A DNA stretch of 64,000 bases from Vicugna vicugna (taxonomy: Eukaryota), in assembly GCA_013265495.1 (NCBI GenBank), contig MU058463.1, positions 1,945,523-2,009,522 on the forward strand, in the 5' to 3' direction. The notes beneath the pieces were generated by a model. That model was not told where the DNA came from and did no database searches. It was given only the letters and a program-made list of their open reading frames with translations. Made by a program: the position numbers and the translations under genes. The first letter of the stretch is position 1. Each line of letters starts with the position of its first letter. Below, one piece after another: positions 37,476-51,898 of the stretch.

Positions 37476-38414
37476 CCCACATCCAGAGTAGGAACAGTAC
37501 TTCTCTCTCAGCACATGATTGCAGGCAATAAGTGTGAGTTTTATTCCCCACTTACTGACTAGGGGAAGAGTACCACTGTGGTTGGAGACACCCCAGAAAG
37601 TCCAATCCAGTATACAGTTAGTTCTTTGTTTTTACTTGAAATGTCCAATATTGCTTTAAAAATATATATGTAAGTGTGGTACTAATGTTCACAGATACAG
37701 CGTTATAAATATCCTCCAGCAAAAGCCATCAGCCCATGTGCTGTTCACGCTCCTTCCGGGCTACCTCCCTCTTGTCGTCCAGCAGGTCCCCCTGCACTTT
37801 GCTAAGGGGACACAGAGGCTGCTGCCACAAGCTCACCCTGGCTTCATCTTCATACCAAATAAGGTAGAGAATTAAGTCCAGATTCTCAATAGGACACAGC
37901 TTTCTATGTGTTTAAATGGGTCCACTTAGAAACCCATTTAGGAACTTCTCAAGACATAGGAGATGGAGATGGTGTTAAATTATATTAAGATGAAAAGAAC
38001 CAGGACCGATTTAGTGTATCACATCTAGCATTGCAGAACCATTCTCAAGGCTGCTCTAGTAATTCCAAAGAAAGATCTGCCCTAGACCCAAAGAGAACTC
38101 AGCAAAACCTGGCTGCCTCTTGGCAAACAGGTGCAAGGAATGACCTGCCTCTGGGATGCTCCACCTCCCTCAACAGCTGTCCCGTCTGGCTCCTAGGTGC
38201 ACCGCTCACCTGTCAGGACTTCCCCACGGTCGCCTCCCTGCCTCCTTCACCGGGTTCTCACCTGGCTTTCTGCTAATGGCAGCTAAAGTCATAGCCGATG
38301 AGGGCATCTGGAAAAAGTGTCTTACAGAAGACTTCTCTCCAGGATTTTTAAACTAGCCTGGAACCTCTATAAGATATCTGGATCAATGCTATTTGTGCAC
38401 CTTCTCACTCACAC

Positions 38415-39050
38415 CTATTTTCATTTAATCACTCCAAAAACAGGTATGAGATCTCGCTCTGTGCCAGGCACCACGCTGAGTGCTGGGAATGAGGCGGGGG
38501 CAGGGGCATGACAACATATCTCTGCCTCCGTGCTGTTTCCTGGGTAGTGGAGGATACAGATTTTAATCAAATAATCGCACAAACATGTAACCTTACAATA
38601 TGAGAAATTTTAATAGAGGAATCTGACATCCAGCATTTTGAATCAATTTTCAAGGAAGACCTCATTGAGAAAGTGAGGCTTAGGCTATGATTTGCAGACA
38701 GTGGTTCAGCAGACAAATGGTCTTCTGTGCTCACTGGGATCTTAGCCCCACACAAGCAGACTACACTCTCTTGTTTGCCACTTTCACCTTAGGACCAAAA
38801 CTGCCTGATACAAAATTTGATGCTTAGTATCTCTTATTAAATGAATGAACTAAAATGAGTTGAACTAAGTAAAAAGGAAAAGGAAGAGCAATCCAGATGG
38901 GCATCTGCAAAAGCTCTTTGGCTGGAGGAACCATAGACAATAAGATATTGATAAAGGCCATGAAACCTAAAAACTAACTGAAGGTTTAAGGGTCTGGGGT
39001 GTCAGAGAGGTTTTAAATCCCTCAGTGAGGAGGTGATGGGATCCTTTTGA
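38415..39050 (-). mobile_element. L2 LINE remnant(s), with a short oppositely oriented L2 piece at ~38720-38850
   Basis: ctctgtgccaggcaccacgctgagtgctggg...tcaaggaagacctcattgagaaagtga. Confidence 0.65.
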
Positions 39051-39447
39051 CTTTCGCCTCCCTTTTCCTTAATTTATTTATTTTTTAATGAGCAGCCAGG
39101 ATTCCACGGCTTAGCTGGACTGTAATGCTTTCAAAGAAACGCCCTCCCTCCCCTCTCAGTGAACCCCTAGTGCACCACTTATGAAAACTGTGACCAGCTC
39201 TCATATCCAAATGAAAGGTGGTCTGGTATACCCCTGGGGCAGGTCAGTGGCTTCTCTATGGAGAGAAACATCTCTCTTCCTCCCCCTCCTCCTCCTTATT
39301 CTTCTCTGTCTCTCTTATTCCCTCTTTCTCTCTCTCTCCCTCCCTTAATGACTATGAAGGGCATGCTTGACCTGAAAAATATTTGGTGCACATGTCTACA
39401 ACACGAAAAGAGGGTTGAGAGCAGAAAATATTGTGACCTTGAGTTAA

Positions 39448-39765
39448 GCCAGTCACTATTCACCAAGTATTCCCTGAGTGACCAGGTGTCTCCTGGACCC
39501 TACTTCTAGGGGAGGGTGTTCTCCATCCTGAGGAGGCATCCACTTAACTAGAGAAACTGAAACATCATCCTCAAAAGAAGGTGCCACAAACAACAAGATC
39601 TCATTTCCTGCAAATGAATCCTGTGTGGCGTTGTATACGAGTGCATAGCATGTGAGTTAAGTCAAGCAGGCTTCATGAAGAACACTGAGATTTTTCAGTT
39701 TGATTCTGAAAGAGAAGAAGGATCTGGATCACCAGAGAGGAACAAAGAGGTAAAATTCCTGTAGA
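39448..39765 (-). mobile_element. L2 LINE fragment
   Basis: tattcaccaagtattccctgagtgacc...caggcttcatgaagaa. Confidence 0.45.
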
Positions 39766-41504
39766 GAAATATTTTTCTTTCCATAATGTAAATGTCTTCA
39801 AAACCTAGGACCACTTGGGGAAAAATGATTCACCCCTGAAGCAGCATCCTGATATGATCGCCATAGCCAGTGGAAAACAGAGCCAACAACCACAGCCAAA
39901 AGAATGCCTTCCTTCCTCCCTCTTCAAGGTCAAACAAAAGCCCTTTCCCTGGTCCACCAAAGAAACGTGAACACTTTCATCCAAAGGATAGGCAACAGGC
40001 TCAATAATAAAGACGACATTAAGAACCACACGGCAGCAAATTTCTCCAAGACTGAACATCTCTTAACCTACAGGTTATTAATTTTCATATTAACCTTAAT
40101 GTCATCTTTCTTCTGCTATAGAAAGAATTCAGTATTGTGATGCACACGTTATCATAAAATTTTTAAACATATTCCATAAAACTAACAAGGTAGACAATGT
40201 TCCTTTTGTCAGGGACCTTCTTACACGAAGTCACAAAAATAAATTCGTGCTGGCTGTGAGTTTGTGCTGTTTGAGTGTTTTCACCCCTTTTCGGATCAAC
40301 ACCTGCTAGTCTGGTCTTGTGTCTCTTTCACTCGCTTGGATAGTATTTCACTGCTTAGAGGCCTTTGAAAGGCGACAGATAACAAACACTCTTTGGTCCC
40401 TTGCCTTTCAATAGAATAACCTGAAACTTCTTATCGTGAAGGCCCCAGCAGACCGTGATGTTGTGGGGAGGGGGGAGGGGGGACTTCCCAGGTCCTAGTT
40501 CCATGTATAATTTGATTTCTTTTAAAACAAAGAATGGGTTAAACTGAATCCAAATTCATGCCAAAAATCATTTTTACAGCAGCACCAGTGACCTACTGAG
40601 GTCATCCCATTTTCCTCATTTCAAAACTTAACTCTCTGTTTCCATCACATCTTATGCCTGCACATGCGTGACACCTCCAGGAGGCCTGGCTAGACATCAA
40701 GGCATCAGGGGCTCCGTTTCAATGGGAGACTGCAGTGAAGTCGTGGAAATGCGCGTTTGCAGAGCTCCTGATGGAGGGGCTTTTAAGTAGCCCCCAAACA
40801 AGTTGACCAGCCCACGAGTCAACTCAGCAGGGATCAAGGAACACCCGCCGGTGGCCAGAGAAGACATGCAACTATCTTGCCAATGCACACCCACGTTATA
40901 TAAGACATTTGCAAAGCCATTTTAGGAGAAAAGCATTAGTCCAGCTAAAGAAGCTTTGCTTTTCGAATATTAACAAACAAATGTGTATGTGTTTGTTTGT
41001 GTGTTCAAAGTGTTTCTCTCTAAGAACATAATATTTACTTAGCGTATTGTGATTTGCAAGAAACCAGGAGAAACTATGAGTTGCAATACACACAGCAATC
41101 ATTCGTAATATGCAGCCCAGGAACTTGCACGTTGTAGTCACTCATCCTTTGTTGAATGAATGAGTGAATGAACAAATGAATGTGTGAATGAACAAACATT
41201 GTTGCCCATCCTGTTCAGGCTGAGGAACTCAATGGCACAACTGAGACGGGTTAGCATGAGTGAACTAACAAACATTAAATGTGGTTTTCTCCTTGCTGAG
41301 TGTACATGTAATCTGTCATGGTCAGTTCTACTCCTGGCATGGCTGGTGATGCCTTTCTGATTGGCCGGTGCAAGTCAATTAACTTCTATTTCTATTTTTG
41401 AAGCTTGGGTATGAAAATACAAACTGACCATCTTCCTCAGAACCAGTATGAAGCTGAAGGAGACACTGCCAGACAAAAAGCAACAGACACCAACAAAATT
41501 GGAT

Positions 41505-41746
41505 CATCTGGATAAATCCATAGAGACAGAAAGGAAGTAGGTGGTTGCCAGGGGCTTCAGGGTGTGGGAGAGAGGATCAGGGAGTGGCTGTTTCATGGGT
41601 ACAGAGTTTCTTTGTGGCTGATGTAGACGTTCTGGAATTAAATAGAAATGCTGGTTGCACAATATTATTAATGTACTAAATTCCACTGAATTGTACACTT
41701 TAAAATGGTTTGTTTTAAGTTATGTGGATTACAACTCGATAAAAAA
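41505..41746 (+). mobile_element. L1 (L1MB-like) 3' terminal fragment
   Basis: aaatccatagagacagaaag...gtggttgccagggg...ggttgcacaat...cactgaattgtacactttaaaatgg. Confidence 0.9.
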
Positions 41747-42429
41747 TGCTGTATCATAGTATTTATAGTTCTAAAGTATGTGTTTGCTAAGTCTGTGAAG
41801 AGTGGTGTGGTGAATGTTGTCTCTCTACATGTTTCAAAAGGACAACAATTGCTCCATTGTAGTTTTTCCATAAACATATAGTGAGTTTACAGAGAACTAG
41901 AGTGGGTATCAATGTTGAGTGTACAGATGTCCTGAAAAAGTTACACTGATCTGAATCTGGACCTGAAATCAGGGCAAGTTAGTCATGCAGAGTATTTCCT
42001 GGCAAGCAAGAAATTATTTACCTCCTTGAATTATTTTAAAAGAAAACTCGCTAATATCCATATATTATATGGGAAATTATTATTCAGCAATACTAATTTT
42101 GGACTACAGTCTGTTTACACATATTCTCTGAAGGCAAGAGTTCTTTAAAGTAAGCTCTGCTGTCACAAGCATTTCTGAATTTCACAAATCTTGTTCTTCA
42201 ATAAATCAAGAAGTACTTACTGAACTCTACTCTACCTAGTGTACGCCCAGCGCTATCGCCAGACTCTAAGGGGTAACAGAAAATGACAAAACAGGCTTTT
42301 GTCTCCATTATTTTATTATTTACAAAGTTGGGTTTTATCAAACAGATAGTATCAAATGGCAATGTTTAGAATTAAGCAAAGAAATGCAACAGAACCCTGC
42401 ACTTATGTAACTCTTGGCAAAATACTCTT

Positions 42430-42710
42430 ACAGACAACCTGGGAGGCAAGCAGAGTTGAATCCTTCATGGCCATGCTGTAGGAGGAGAAAGCCGCAAAGA
42501 CACACAGTAAGTAAGACAGCCAGGACTCGCATTTGGGGTTTCGGTCACCTAGGCTGGTACTCCTTTCACGACGAGTAAACCAGGGGTCAGAAGATCTGAG
42601 TTCTAATTGTGATTCTGCCACTAACTTGCTAGGTGGCATGGAGCAAGCCCCGCAGCCTCTTGGTTTCAATCTCTTCCTCTCTTAAATGACATACTTGGGT
42701 CACATTTTCT
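42430..42710. mobile_element. two MIR-family fragments in opposite orientation
   Basis: minus piece ~42430-42570; plus piece gtcagaagatctgagttctaatt...tctgccactaacttgct ~42580-42710. Confidence 0.5.
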
Positions 42711-44708
42711 CAAATGTGCTTCTTCCAGAGCCTGCGTTCTCCGTTAGCAAATGCAGGAATTGCACGTACATGAGTGAAATATCCTCCCCTGTCATTTCTT
42801 AACCCAAGTGTACCTTTTGCCTTAATGTAGCTCAGTTTTCAGACGCAGAAACCCACATTTTTTAAATGCTCGCTATGGAAAATTTGTGTTTGCAAAACCT
42901 CTCCAGTTAAAGTAGCCTGACAAAGAATTGCCTCAAATTCCTCAGCCGACAGCGTAGAGCTTTTCAAGGTCACCTGGTATCCGTAGGTCATGCTCTTTCT
43001 TGTCCACTCTATCCCTCACTGTGTACAGCACTTTGGTCCCTGCAAAGTGACTTTCCATCTCTTGTCTCACTTGACATCACTAGTACCAGACAAAGGCTCA
43101 GAGAAGCCTCACTATCTCGCCCTAAACTAACACGGCCCTACACCCAGTCCTATTGTCCGCCTACAAGGATGCAACAGAGATAAGACAGGGTGGGAAACTG
43201 ACCCAGTGACAACCAATCACAGGAGCTTTTGTCTGTGGATCTGACCACGGTGATTCATCAGCCACCAATCCCAGAGGCTTTCAGTGAGAGAACAAAAAGT
43301 CCACTATTGCCCCAAAGGGTTCATTCCCTTGTGCAAAAGGAAAAAAAAAAAAAAAAGTTAGGTTAGCTGTCAAGAGCAACTTCCCACAAAACAAAGGTCA
43401 AGGGAAAAGATTTAAAAAAGGACTAGCTAACTGTCTTGCTTCTAGGTCTCTACAGTTACAGAAAGAGTGGAGACAGTTGCATAATCCAGGGTAAACTGTC
43501 CCCAGAAGAGTAGCCCACTAACCTCATTTATCTTAAATGTCAACCAAGTCAGTGTAAAAAGTAAATTATCGAGAGAATGGCCGCAGCATTTCAACATCAA
43601 CGAGCCTTACCTGCATGTCACCTCTTTGGGGCCCTCCCTGGTTCTCACCGTACATGAATATGTGGAGAATTTTTCTCTTTTAACTTGTCTACTCCAAAGC
43701 ATCTTTTAAAATACAAAATCAAGTAAGCTCTTTCCTTCTCTTACTTAAATTTTTAAAAAATGGTATTGCTGTGGAATATGGTGTTATGACAGTCATAAGT
43801 GTTAGAATCCAGAAAAATCTCTAGGGTAGGTGAATGTTCCGGTGAGTGGTAGATGGTGGAGAGATGACTTTCTCCGCGGAGGGAAAGCCTGTAACCACTT
43901 GTCCACAGTGAACTTCCAGAGTTAGGAGGAAGTGACATTAAACAAGGGAAGCAAGGAAACAAAGCAAAAAGCAAACGAATAGCAAAACAAACGGTCCCTT
44001 ACAATGTGCTAACATTATATTCAGGGCCTGACTGCTTTATCTAGGTGTCAACTTTTTTATTTTTTTGTGTAGATGCAAAATGGTATAGCCCAAACCAGCC
44101 CTAGGAAGATGATCAGGAGATATAAGCTCTAATTGCAATACTAAGCTCTGGCATTACCATTACACATTCACAGCCTAGTCATTTTTCATTTATTTATCAT
44201 TCACCATTCAGTGATTACTTATTATGTGTGTGATATTTTCCAAATGCTGTGCTGGGTGCTGGCTCTGAAAGCCTGCCATGTTCAAGACTTCTTTCAGAGA
44301 AGGTGGTACAGGCAATTCCTTACGCATCAGTTTCAGTGATTTGTACTCTATGACCCTGCTAGCAGGACCATATCTGTTTGGATTAGGAACTGGCAATTGA
44401 TTCCAAAGGCGGCCATCTATTTGCCTCCCAGCAGCTTATAGAAAAAGCCCAGAATGCTTCTCTGTACTGGGTCATAACCAACTGGACCATTGTTAACATC
44501 TCTCAAGGAGGTTAAATGTCAGATATACAGAGAGGGGAACGGGCAGAGAGGGCAGAGTGGAAGAAGACAAAGAATAAGGAGAGAGTCAACTATATGCACA
44601 GCTGGGAGGAAGCAGAGGCCATGCCTAAGTATACACTGTAAGGAGAGTGGAGATACTGGAGAACTGATAGCAAAAGAAGTTGAGACCTTGGTGAAGAAAG
44701 AGGAAAAG

Positions 44709-45330
44709 ATTCATGAATCCATCCAGTAAATGTCTTTTGGGCACTTTGTATGTGTGAAGATACAAATGAGAGTAAAACAAAATCCCTATCCCCGTGGAGT
44801 CTACTGAAAGAGCCCCACATTAATCAAATCATCACACTCACTGTGGTAAGTGCTTGGAAGGCAAAATCACAGGGAGCTGCAAGACGAAATGGGAGGAGAG
44901 CTGACTTGGCATGGGGGCGGTACTCAGCAAAGGCTTCCTGGGTGGTGATGTTGGAAGGGAGATCTAAAAAAATAAGTAGCAATCAAGTGGGCAAAAGTAA
45001 TTTGGGACGAGCCATGATATCATGGAGACACTGGAGAAGTGAAGTGAGGGGCAGAAGAAAGCAAGGTTAATCTAGAAAGCTAAATGGAGGCAAAGTCATG
45101 CCAAGCCTTAGAGGCCATTTTAATGATTCGGGTTTTAATCCCAAGAGCAGTGGTAAGCCGTCAAAGGATTCCAATAAGGAGAGACCAACTGAGATGTGTG
45201 TTTAAACAGACAACTGTGATGGTCATATAGGAATGAATGGGAAGGGCTCAGAGTAGAGAGACCAGTTCAGAAGCTTCTGCAGGAGCCCAGGGGAGAGATG
45301 GTGACAGCCTGGACCAGGGGGCTGGACAGT
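44709..45330 (-). mobile_element. L2 LINE remnant
   Basis: aaggcttcctgggtggtgatg...ttttaatcccaagagcagtggtaagcc...ccaggggagagatggtgacagcctggaccagg. Confidence 0.8.
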
Positions 45331-45630
45331 ATCCTGAACATGCAGGGCTTCCGGGTAGGAAAAACATTTAATTCACCTCTGCACCCCTAAGGTGTGATAC
45401 CATCCTAGCACCTAGTAAATACTCAAGAAATGGTTGCTGAACGAATGGAGATGAATTCTCTGAAGTCAGTGGACAGTAATAGTTGAATATTTCCTCTTCC
45501 GAAGCAACTCTAAGTGAGAGACATCTCATGGTGGAGTTTCAGGTACCACGTGTTTCTCAGAGGAGATATTTGTGGGTAAGGGAAACTTTTAGCCCCCTGA
45601 TGGGGCCCCGTTAAAGATAACTCTCTCCAA

Positions 45631-45890
45631 GAGGCAGAAAAGAATAGTGGTTAAGATCCTAGATTCTGGAGTCAAAGTACCCAAATTAATCCCCCACCTC
45701 ACTGATTTCTCATTGTGTTAAAATAGGTACCTATTTAGACCTTCTCTGTCTCTACTTCTTAATCTCTATAATGGAAATATAAATTGTACAAATGCCTACC
45801 TCAAAGGATTATTGTGAGGATTAAATACGTTAATCATTTACCAAAGACTTGGCATATGGGAAGCACTCAGTAAACATTATTATGATTATT
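45631..45890 (+). mobile_element. MIR SINE, near full length
   Basis: tagtggttaaga...tctggagtca...cctacctcaaaggattattgtgaggattaaat...gcactcagtaaac. Confidence 0.85.
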
Positions 45891-47179
45891 CTTCCTACCT
45901 CGACTGTGAACTTCTCAGAGAAGAGCACTCTTTTTCAGAAGACAGGGCTGCGACGTATTAGGTGCTCAGTAAACTCGTGTGGTTGACTTTGCATCCTGAT
46001 CCACATCCTGAATTTGAGGATTTCATGTCAGCAGGTTTCTTTCAGAGCCATCTTTTTTACCCCAGGTCTCCTAACATCTTTTGGATCCTAAAAGGGAACA
46101 TGCTTCTTACTCTGTAATTATTGGCATTTCCATCACCTTCCTTTTTTCCCCTTCAAAAAAAAAAAATTCAATCTGCTTACCTTTCCCCCCACAAAGTGAA
46201 TGGCTTCTGCTTCCATTACACACCCGCCTTGCTTCATTTTGTCTATTACCTTTTCTTGTAAGGAGATTGTATCTCTTCCGCTTGCGCCCTTTCCCTTACT
46301 AATGAACTTCCTAGCCCTGGCATCAGTTGAGAGTTATCCTTCAACCCAGGCTTCTGAAACCAGTCTCCAAATTCTTTGCTGATTAGGTGATTGCTTTTGG
46401 CATCCTCCTTGCTAATTCTTTGTTAAGCAAACTCTTGTCTCTCAAAACATCCCTTCCTTAAAGAGTGCAGGAGGGACTTGTTCCTCTAAACAATTTTTTA
46501 AATGGCTCTTTCTTCTGAGTTGGTTTTATTTTCTCCTCCCTTTGAATGTCTAGTAATCTGCATCTTCCAGCTAGAATTGCACATTGTCTATACCTCTGAC
46601 AGGTAAAAGGAGGGATTAGCCACACCTCCAGGCACTCTTCCAAAGGGCATCACATGAAAGCCCACCCAGCTCTGAGCGTAAGGTGGTTTTCTTCAAGAAG
46701 ATTAATTCTGCCTTTTCCAATTTTTGTGCTCCACTGGCATTCCTCACCTTTTGTACTTTAATACTGTGTGGGTTGATTGTATTCCTTAATTGTACTCTTA
46801 ACACTGATTCTATCTATTCATTCCGAACCTAGTTTCATGGCTCATTGCAAACTATTTATCTCCCTCCCTACCCTCTACAATCTCTTGGATTTCTTTTCAC
46901 AGTTCTTAAACAAGCTCCTTGAGATTTCGTTTGATTGAATCGTGTTTCTATGGGGCGATTCCTTTTTGTTATGTGTTGTTAACTCTGACTGGTGCTTCTC
47001 TAGGGGTGGTTACTGGGGAGGGTTCCATTTTCCAAGCTCCGTGAGTTTGACTGCATTTCTGCCTTCAACCCTACATGGTCAGCTTATTCAATCACTCGAC
47101 TCACAGTCAACTATGTTCAAAGTTGTGTCCTCTTCACAGCTAGTTCATTAGGGAGGGGGGGCTACTGGGTTGAGAATTA

Positions 47180-48900
47180 AAGAACCTTAATGTTGGAAGA
47201 ACCTTAATCTGGCCCAGTCTTCTCTCCAACATTGACATTCTCCTGACTGCACTTAGATATTTCAAGTGACAAGAGGCTCACTGCTCTCAGGCAATACCTT
47301 CCAGTTTTAGACATTTTCACGTTCTACAAGGTACTTCCTAATCAGTAAGTGAAGCCCAACTTACTGTAATTGTCACTGCAAGCCACTTTTGCTCCTTGGG
47401 TTTTAATGCAATGCACTGGCTCACCACTCTCCATTAAGTATTTCAGGTAATTAACAACAGGTACCCCAAATCCTTGATTGCTACTCTTTTCCAGGCCAAT
47501 TGCCCCAAACTCCTTCAACCACTGATCAAGTGTCTCAGCCCCCATCTCCCTTCCACTCTCCTGTAGAGTCCTTGCAATGCCAATGTCCCTTCTGACCCCT
47601 TCGGACCAAGAACCACGGTCAGTGTTACCCAAGGATCTGACCAGCTCAGATGACCATTTTGTTATTTTAATTAGCCTAAGATTGCATTAGCTCTTGAACA
47701 TCCTTACTTTATAGTGACTCAAAAAGTTTTATTTCTAATTTCTCTGAGAATTATTTCTGAATCAGATATCTTCTACTCTAACACAGCCAAGTTTTAGAAC
47801 CTAAACATATGACTTTGTACTTAGGCTTACTAAGCAGCATTTTGTGAATCTTAGGGCAACTTTTCAACTTTTCCACTTTTCCTTTTTTTAATTCCAGCTC
47901 TCGTACGCAACATAGTTATTCTGCCTCACTTTGCTTCAGAGGTATATTTGGTCACTACTTCTTCTCCTATATCATAATGCAAATCACTCAGGAAAATATT
48001 ATTAGAGGCAAGACCAAGGATACAAACCAGAGAACCCCACTTGAAACTGATCATCACTGAAACAAGTACCCCGTTTTAGGCCCATCGCTGTCCAGGAGCA
48101 GTAACTCCCTGCAATGCATGGTAATGCCCTCATTCCTTCAGGGGGCATACAAAGATAACACTCACATCTTGATTACGATACTAGTGAGCACGGAGCGTGA
48201 GTCTTCAGTGCCAGGTATTTTCCTAAGGGGTTTGCGTGCATTAGCTCATTTAGTCTTTGCAATAACTCTATGAAGTAGGCCGTTTTATTATTCCCATTTT
48301 ACGCATAAAAAGCTAGGACACAGAGCAATTAAGATGCTTGGTCAGACAGTGGTGGCATAGGGATTTCAACTTAGTTCACAAAGACTCCAAAGCCTGTGCT
48401 CCTAACCCCACAGTAAGATTTTGTCAAATGACATGCAAAACAAAACAAAACAAAACAAAAAAAACAACAAAAAAAGACTTTTTATGACTCTCCTGATTAA
48501 CCAACCTAGCTAGGGCTTTCTAAAATAAGAAATGCAGCTGGTTTGATGTGGATTCTAAGTGAACCTAAGTGGAAGTCAATTTGTCTTTTAGTGATCACAG
48601 CTTCTATGTAAATCATCACAAGTCACATCTTCAGTAATCTAGAGCTATTGCTTTATCAGGAGTAGAAGCCAAGTTCACAGCTCTCTGACCTCAGGATTTA
48701 TATCTGTTCCATCTTTATATGCTCCATGTGACCTGTGCAGTCCAGCTACCCTGACAGCTTGTTGACAGTGATTCAGAGACCATATTTCCTTGGCTACCCT
48801 CAGAAGTAATAGGCCAATTTAAATATTTAGCTTATCACTCTTTTAATCAGTTCACCTTTCTTGAGCCTCAGTTCTCTTTTAATTTTGACACCTGTGATCC
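47180..48900 (-). mobile_element. L3/CR1 LINE remnant interrupted by MIR
   Basis: tttcaagtgacaagaggctcactgctctcaggca...ttccaggccaattgccccaaactccttcaacc...tctgaccag resembles antisense L3; L3-like sequence resumes after ~48415. Confidence 0.65.
48170..48413 (-). mobile_element. MIR SINE
   Basis: ctcatttagtctttgcaataactctatgaagtagg...attcccattttac...gactccaaagcctgtgctcctaacc. Confidence 0.85.
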
Positions 48901-51349
48901 TCAGCCATAGAACATCCCCCATATTAAAAAAAAAAAAAAACAACTGAAGTTGAGTATTTCTAGCCTCTTGCTTCCATCTGTAAGCCTTACACCATCTTTT
49001 CCCCACAGTGGGCCTTTCTCTCCTTTATCATCCTGGGGGTTATAGTGAAGAATGCCAGTGTGGCAGGACATCCATCCTCCTGCTGGAAATATGGCCTAAG
49101 GGGAGATTTTATCAAGGCATCGAGCATGATGCTAGGATGTTTTAGGAACAGAATATGTTTCCATCCAAATATTTTACACAATCTCTGTAAGAGAAAACAA
49201 TGCTGTCTGGAGCCCAGCTACACTGACACAGTTCACACCAAACCAGAGGGTGACCAGAGTGGGAGTGGCCGAGGCAATCAGAGCCCATGCACAGTGACAC
49301 AGAGCCCCAGGGAGTCAGGGAAGCTGAGGGTTCACAGTCACTGGCAGAGGGAAGAATGAGAACTAAAGAAATGAAATATGAGAAGATAAGGACCAAAGAA
49401 AAGAGAAGAAGAAACAGAGAGAAAGCGATGGCTGTGAGCTGGGGTAATTAGCATGGGTCATGGGTATCTTGTAACGGTCAACCAGCTTACCCTTCCAGCT
49501 TCAGCTCCCAGTGTTTTCCTCCCATGACCCCAGTGTACACCCACATCCAAATGTTGCCCCCAGCTGAGCATCCTGGGAAGCACATCATTGCCCTTTGCCT
49601 TTGTTCACAATTAAAGAAGATTAAGCAAGAAGAGTGTTTGGTGCTATGCCTAGAATATAGCAGTTGTCTGGCCTTTAGTAGTTGTCTTCTTTGTGGTTCA
49701 GTGACAGTCAACAGAAGGAAAAACTCACTTTTGTTTTAGATACACACCAGCTTTAAGGGCCTGGCAGAAAATGTCTGGGATGGGAAAATCCACAATCAAC
49801 CTTGGAATGACCTTGAGCAATAGTCTGAGTATATAGACAAAGCTGAATCAGGCAGCCTGGCTAAAGTTCCTCAATGTTTATTTCATGTTTACTATGTATA
49901 TTCCAAAAGTATGCCTCTATGAGCCAATGGCTACTAACAAATTCTTTTTTCAAAAACCACACATTTGGTCCAGGGCCCCTCTACTGCCATGCCCTGCCCC
50001 CCCAATACATTTCCAGAGAAGATTCATTAAATATGTGTTTTTTTTTTTTAAGCAAATACTTTTGTAAAAGAACTGGATTGGCGGGAATCTAGCAACATGA
50101 GTTGTGCATTGGGCTTGACCTCTTGAATAAGCAGTCAATGAGAGAATGTGTAGCTCATGGTTTAGAGGAAAGTATTGAAAAGTGTGTTGTTCACATACTG
50201 CTACTAAAACAACAGAAGTCGTTTTTGTCTCTAGATGGTTCAGGACAAATTGAATCCAAAAGAAATAAAGAGGGGGAATGTTTTTCCTGGCTCCTTCCCT
50301 CCTGGCTCTCAGCATCCTGGAGTGGTGGGGGCAGAGTCACGTGACTGTCTTTTTGAGCTGGAGAACATGGGAATAGCCCTTTCTCAGACTGTGCCTGCAA
50401 TCTGTAAATTCCAGCCAAGCCAGATTTCATTCTCTCTCTCCAAAACTGTTGCCAGGCATTAGCACCAAAAGAATTATACTGCATAGGCTTTTTAAAGAAA
50501 CCAATGATGAACTTCTTTTTATCAGCCAAACAAATTCAGCTACCAAAGATATGTTGTGTGAATCATATCTAAAGACCCACAGTTGTTTTGCATGGTGGTT
50601 ACAGGTCAAGTTTCTTTATGCACCAAGGTAGAATATGATGAATGAAATACAGCTTTTCACAATACACTGCATTTTTTTCTCATGCTTCCTCTGTGAACGA
50701 TTGTGAATGTTAAAAACCAGTGATGGAGGACCAGCAGCCAAAATAGAATTCAGGGCCATTCTCACTGACAACATTGTGGAGTTACTGAGGGAACGGCAAG
50801 ACGAGGCTTTCAGCTTTTTTCAGTGTCTAGGAGAAAATATTTAGAAGTAAATTGTGCTGGGGGAAAGTTTTGTGAGCTTTAAAATCAAGCGAGTCAGGAT
50901 GCAATTAGTCTGAAGGAAAGAAATTGCATCTGAGATCCCAAAAGGGTGAAGCTGAATTTTCAAAGCCACTAATCAGAAAGGGAAACAGCTTTAGAAACAC
51001 AGGGTCCGTGAAGAAGTGTGTGATGTACAAGATTATCCTAAATTCTTTAATTTATCAACTTCTACCTGTTATAAGTGTCTGGAAAATGTGGCCAAGCTAA
51101 AAAAAATGACTGGCTGTAACAGGCAAATTTCCATATATGGGAATTCCAGGTCATGTGCAATATCGGACCAGTATTAGTAGAAACATTATCTTCTGTAGGA
51201 ACCCCTCCATGTCCAAATAGAAGGGAAAATAGGATCGGAAGGCTAAGGGACATTCTTTGGGAACAGAGGACTCACGCCTTCTTGGTGTCCTCCATGTGCT
51301 AAGGAGTTTGTATACGAAAGTTTAATTCCCAAAACTTCCCTGAGATGCT

Positions 51350-51730
51350 CTTCGAGAAAAACTAGTAATCATCTCAAATTGAACATGTCAAAAGCTGAAT
51401 TCATTCATCACCTTTCTGATCCTCTTTTTATGTCCTCTGTCTCAGCAAAGACCCACTCCGCTCATCCAAGCCAGAAACTGCTTTCTTTCTGAACTCCTTG
51501 TAGCCAGTTCGCAAGTCCTACTGATTCCACCTGTCAGACCTCTCTTACGACCATCCCTGCTGTCCCTTCCCTTTCCCACTACCCTAGTTTAAATCAAAGT
51601 CCTCTTCCGTCCAGACCACTGAAATGGTCTTTTAGTTGGTCTTCCTGTCTCTTGTCATAACTCTTCTCCACCTCCCCAAACCACACTTCCTTCCTGCAGC
51701 CAGCATGATTCTGAGAAAATATAACCATTG
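51350..51730 (+). mobile_element. L2 LINE fragment
   Basis: catctcaaattgaacatgtcaaaagctgaattc...caagccagaaact...cccactaccctagttt. Confidence 0.75.
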
Positions 51731-51743
51731 AAAAAGAATTCCT

Positions 51744-51898
51744 GGCAGGCGAGGGTGTAGCTCAGTGGTAGAGTGCATGCCTAGCACGCATAAGGTCCTG
51801 GGTTCAGTCCCCAGTACCTCCATTAAAAATAAATAAGCCTAATTACCTCCTCCTGCTAACAAAATAAAGATAAATTAAATAAAAATAAATTAAAAAAA
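51744..51898 (+). mobile_element. tRNA-derived camelid SINE (Vic-1-like)
   Basis: gagggtgtagctcagtggtagagtgcatgcctagcacgcataaggtcctgggttcagtccccagtacctcc; perfect 13-bp TSD aaaaagaattcct at 51731-51743 and 51899-51911. Confidence 0.92.
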
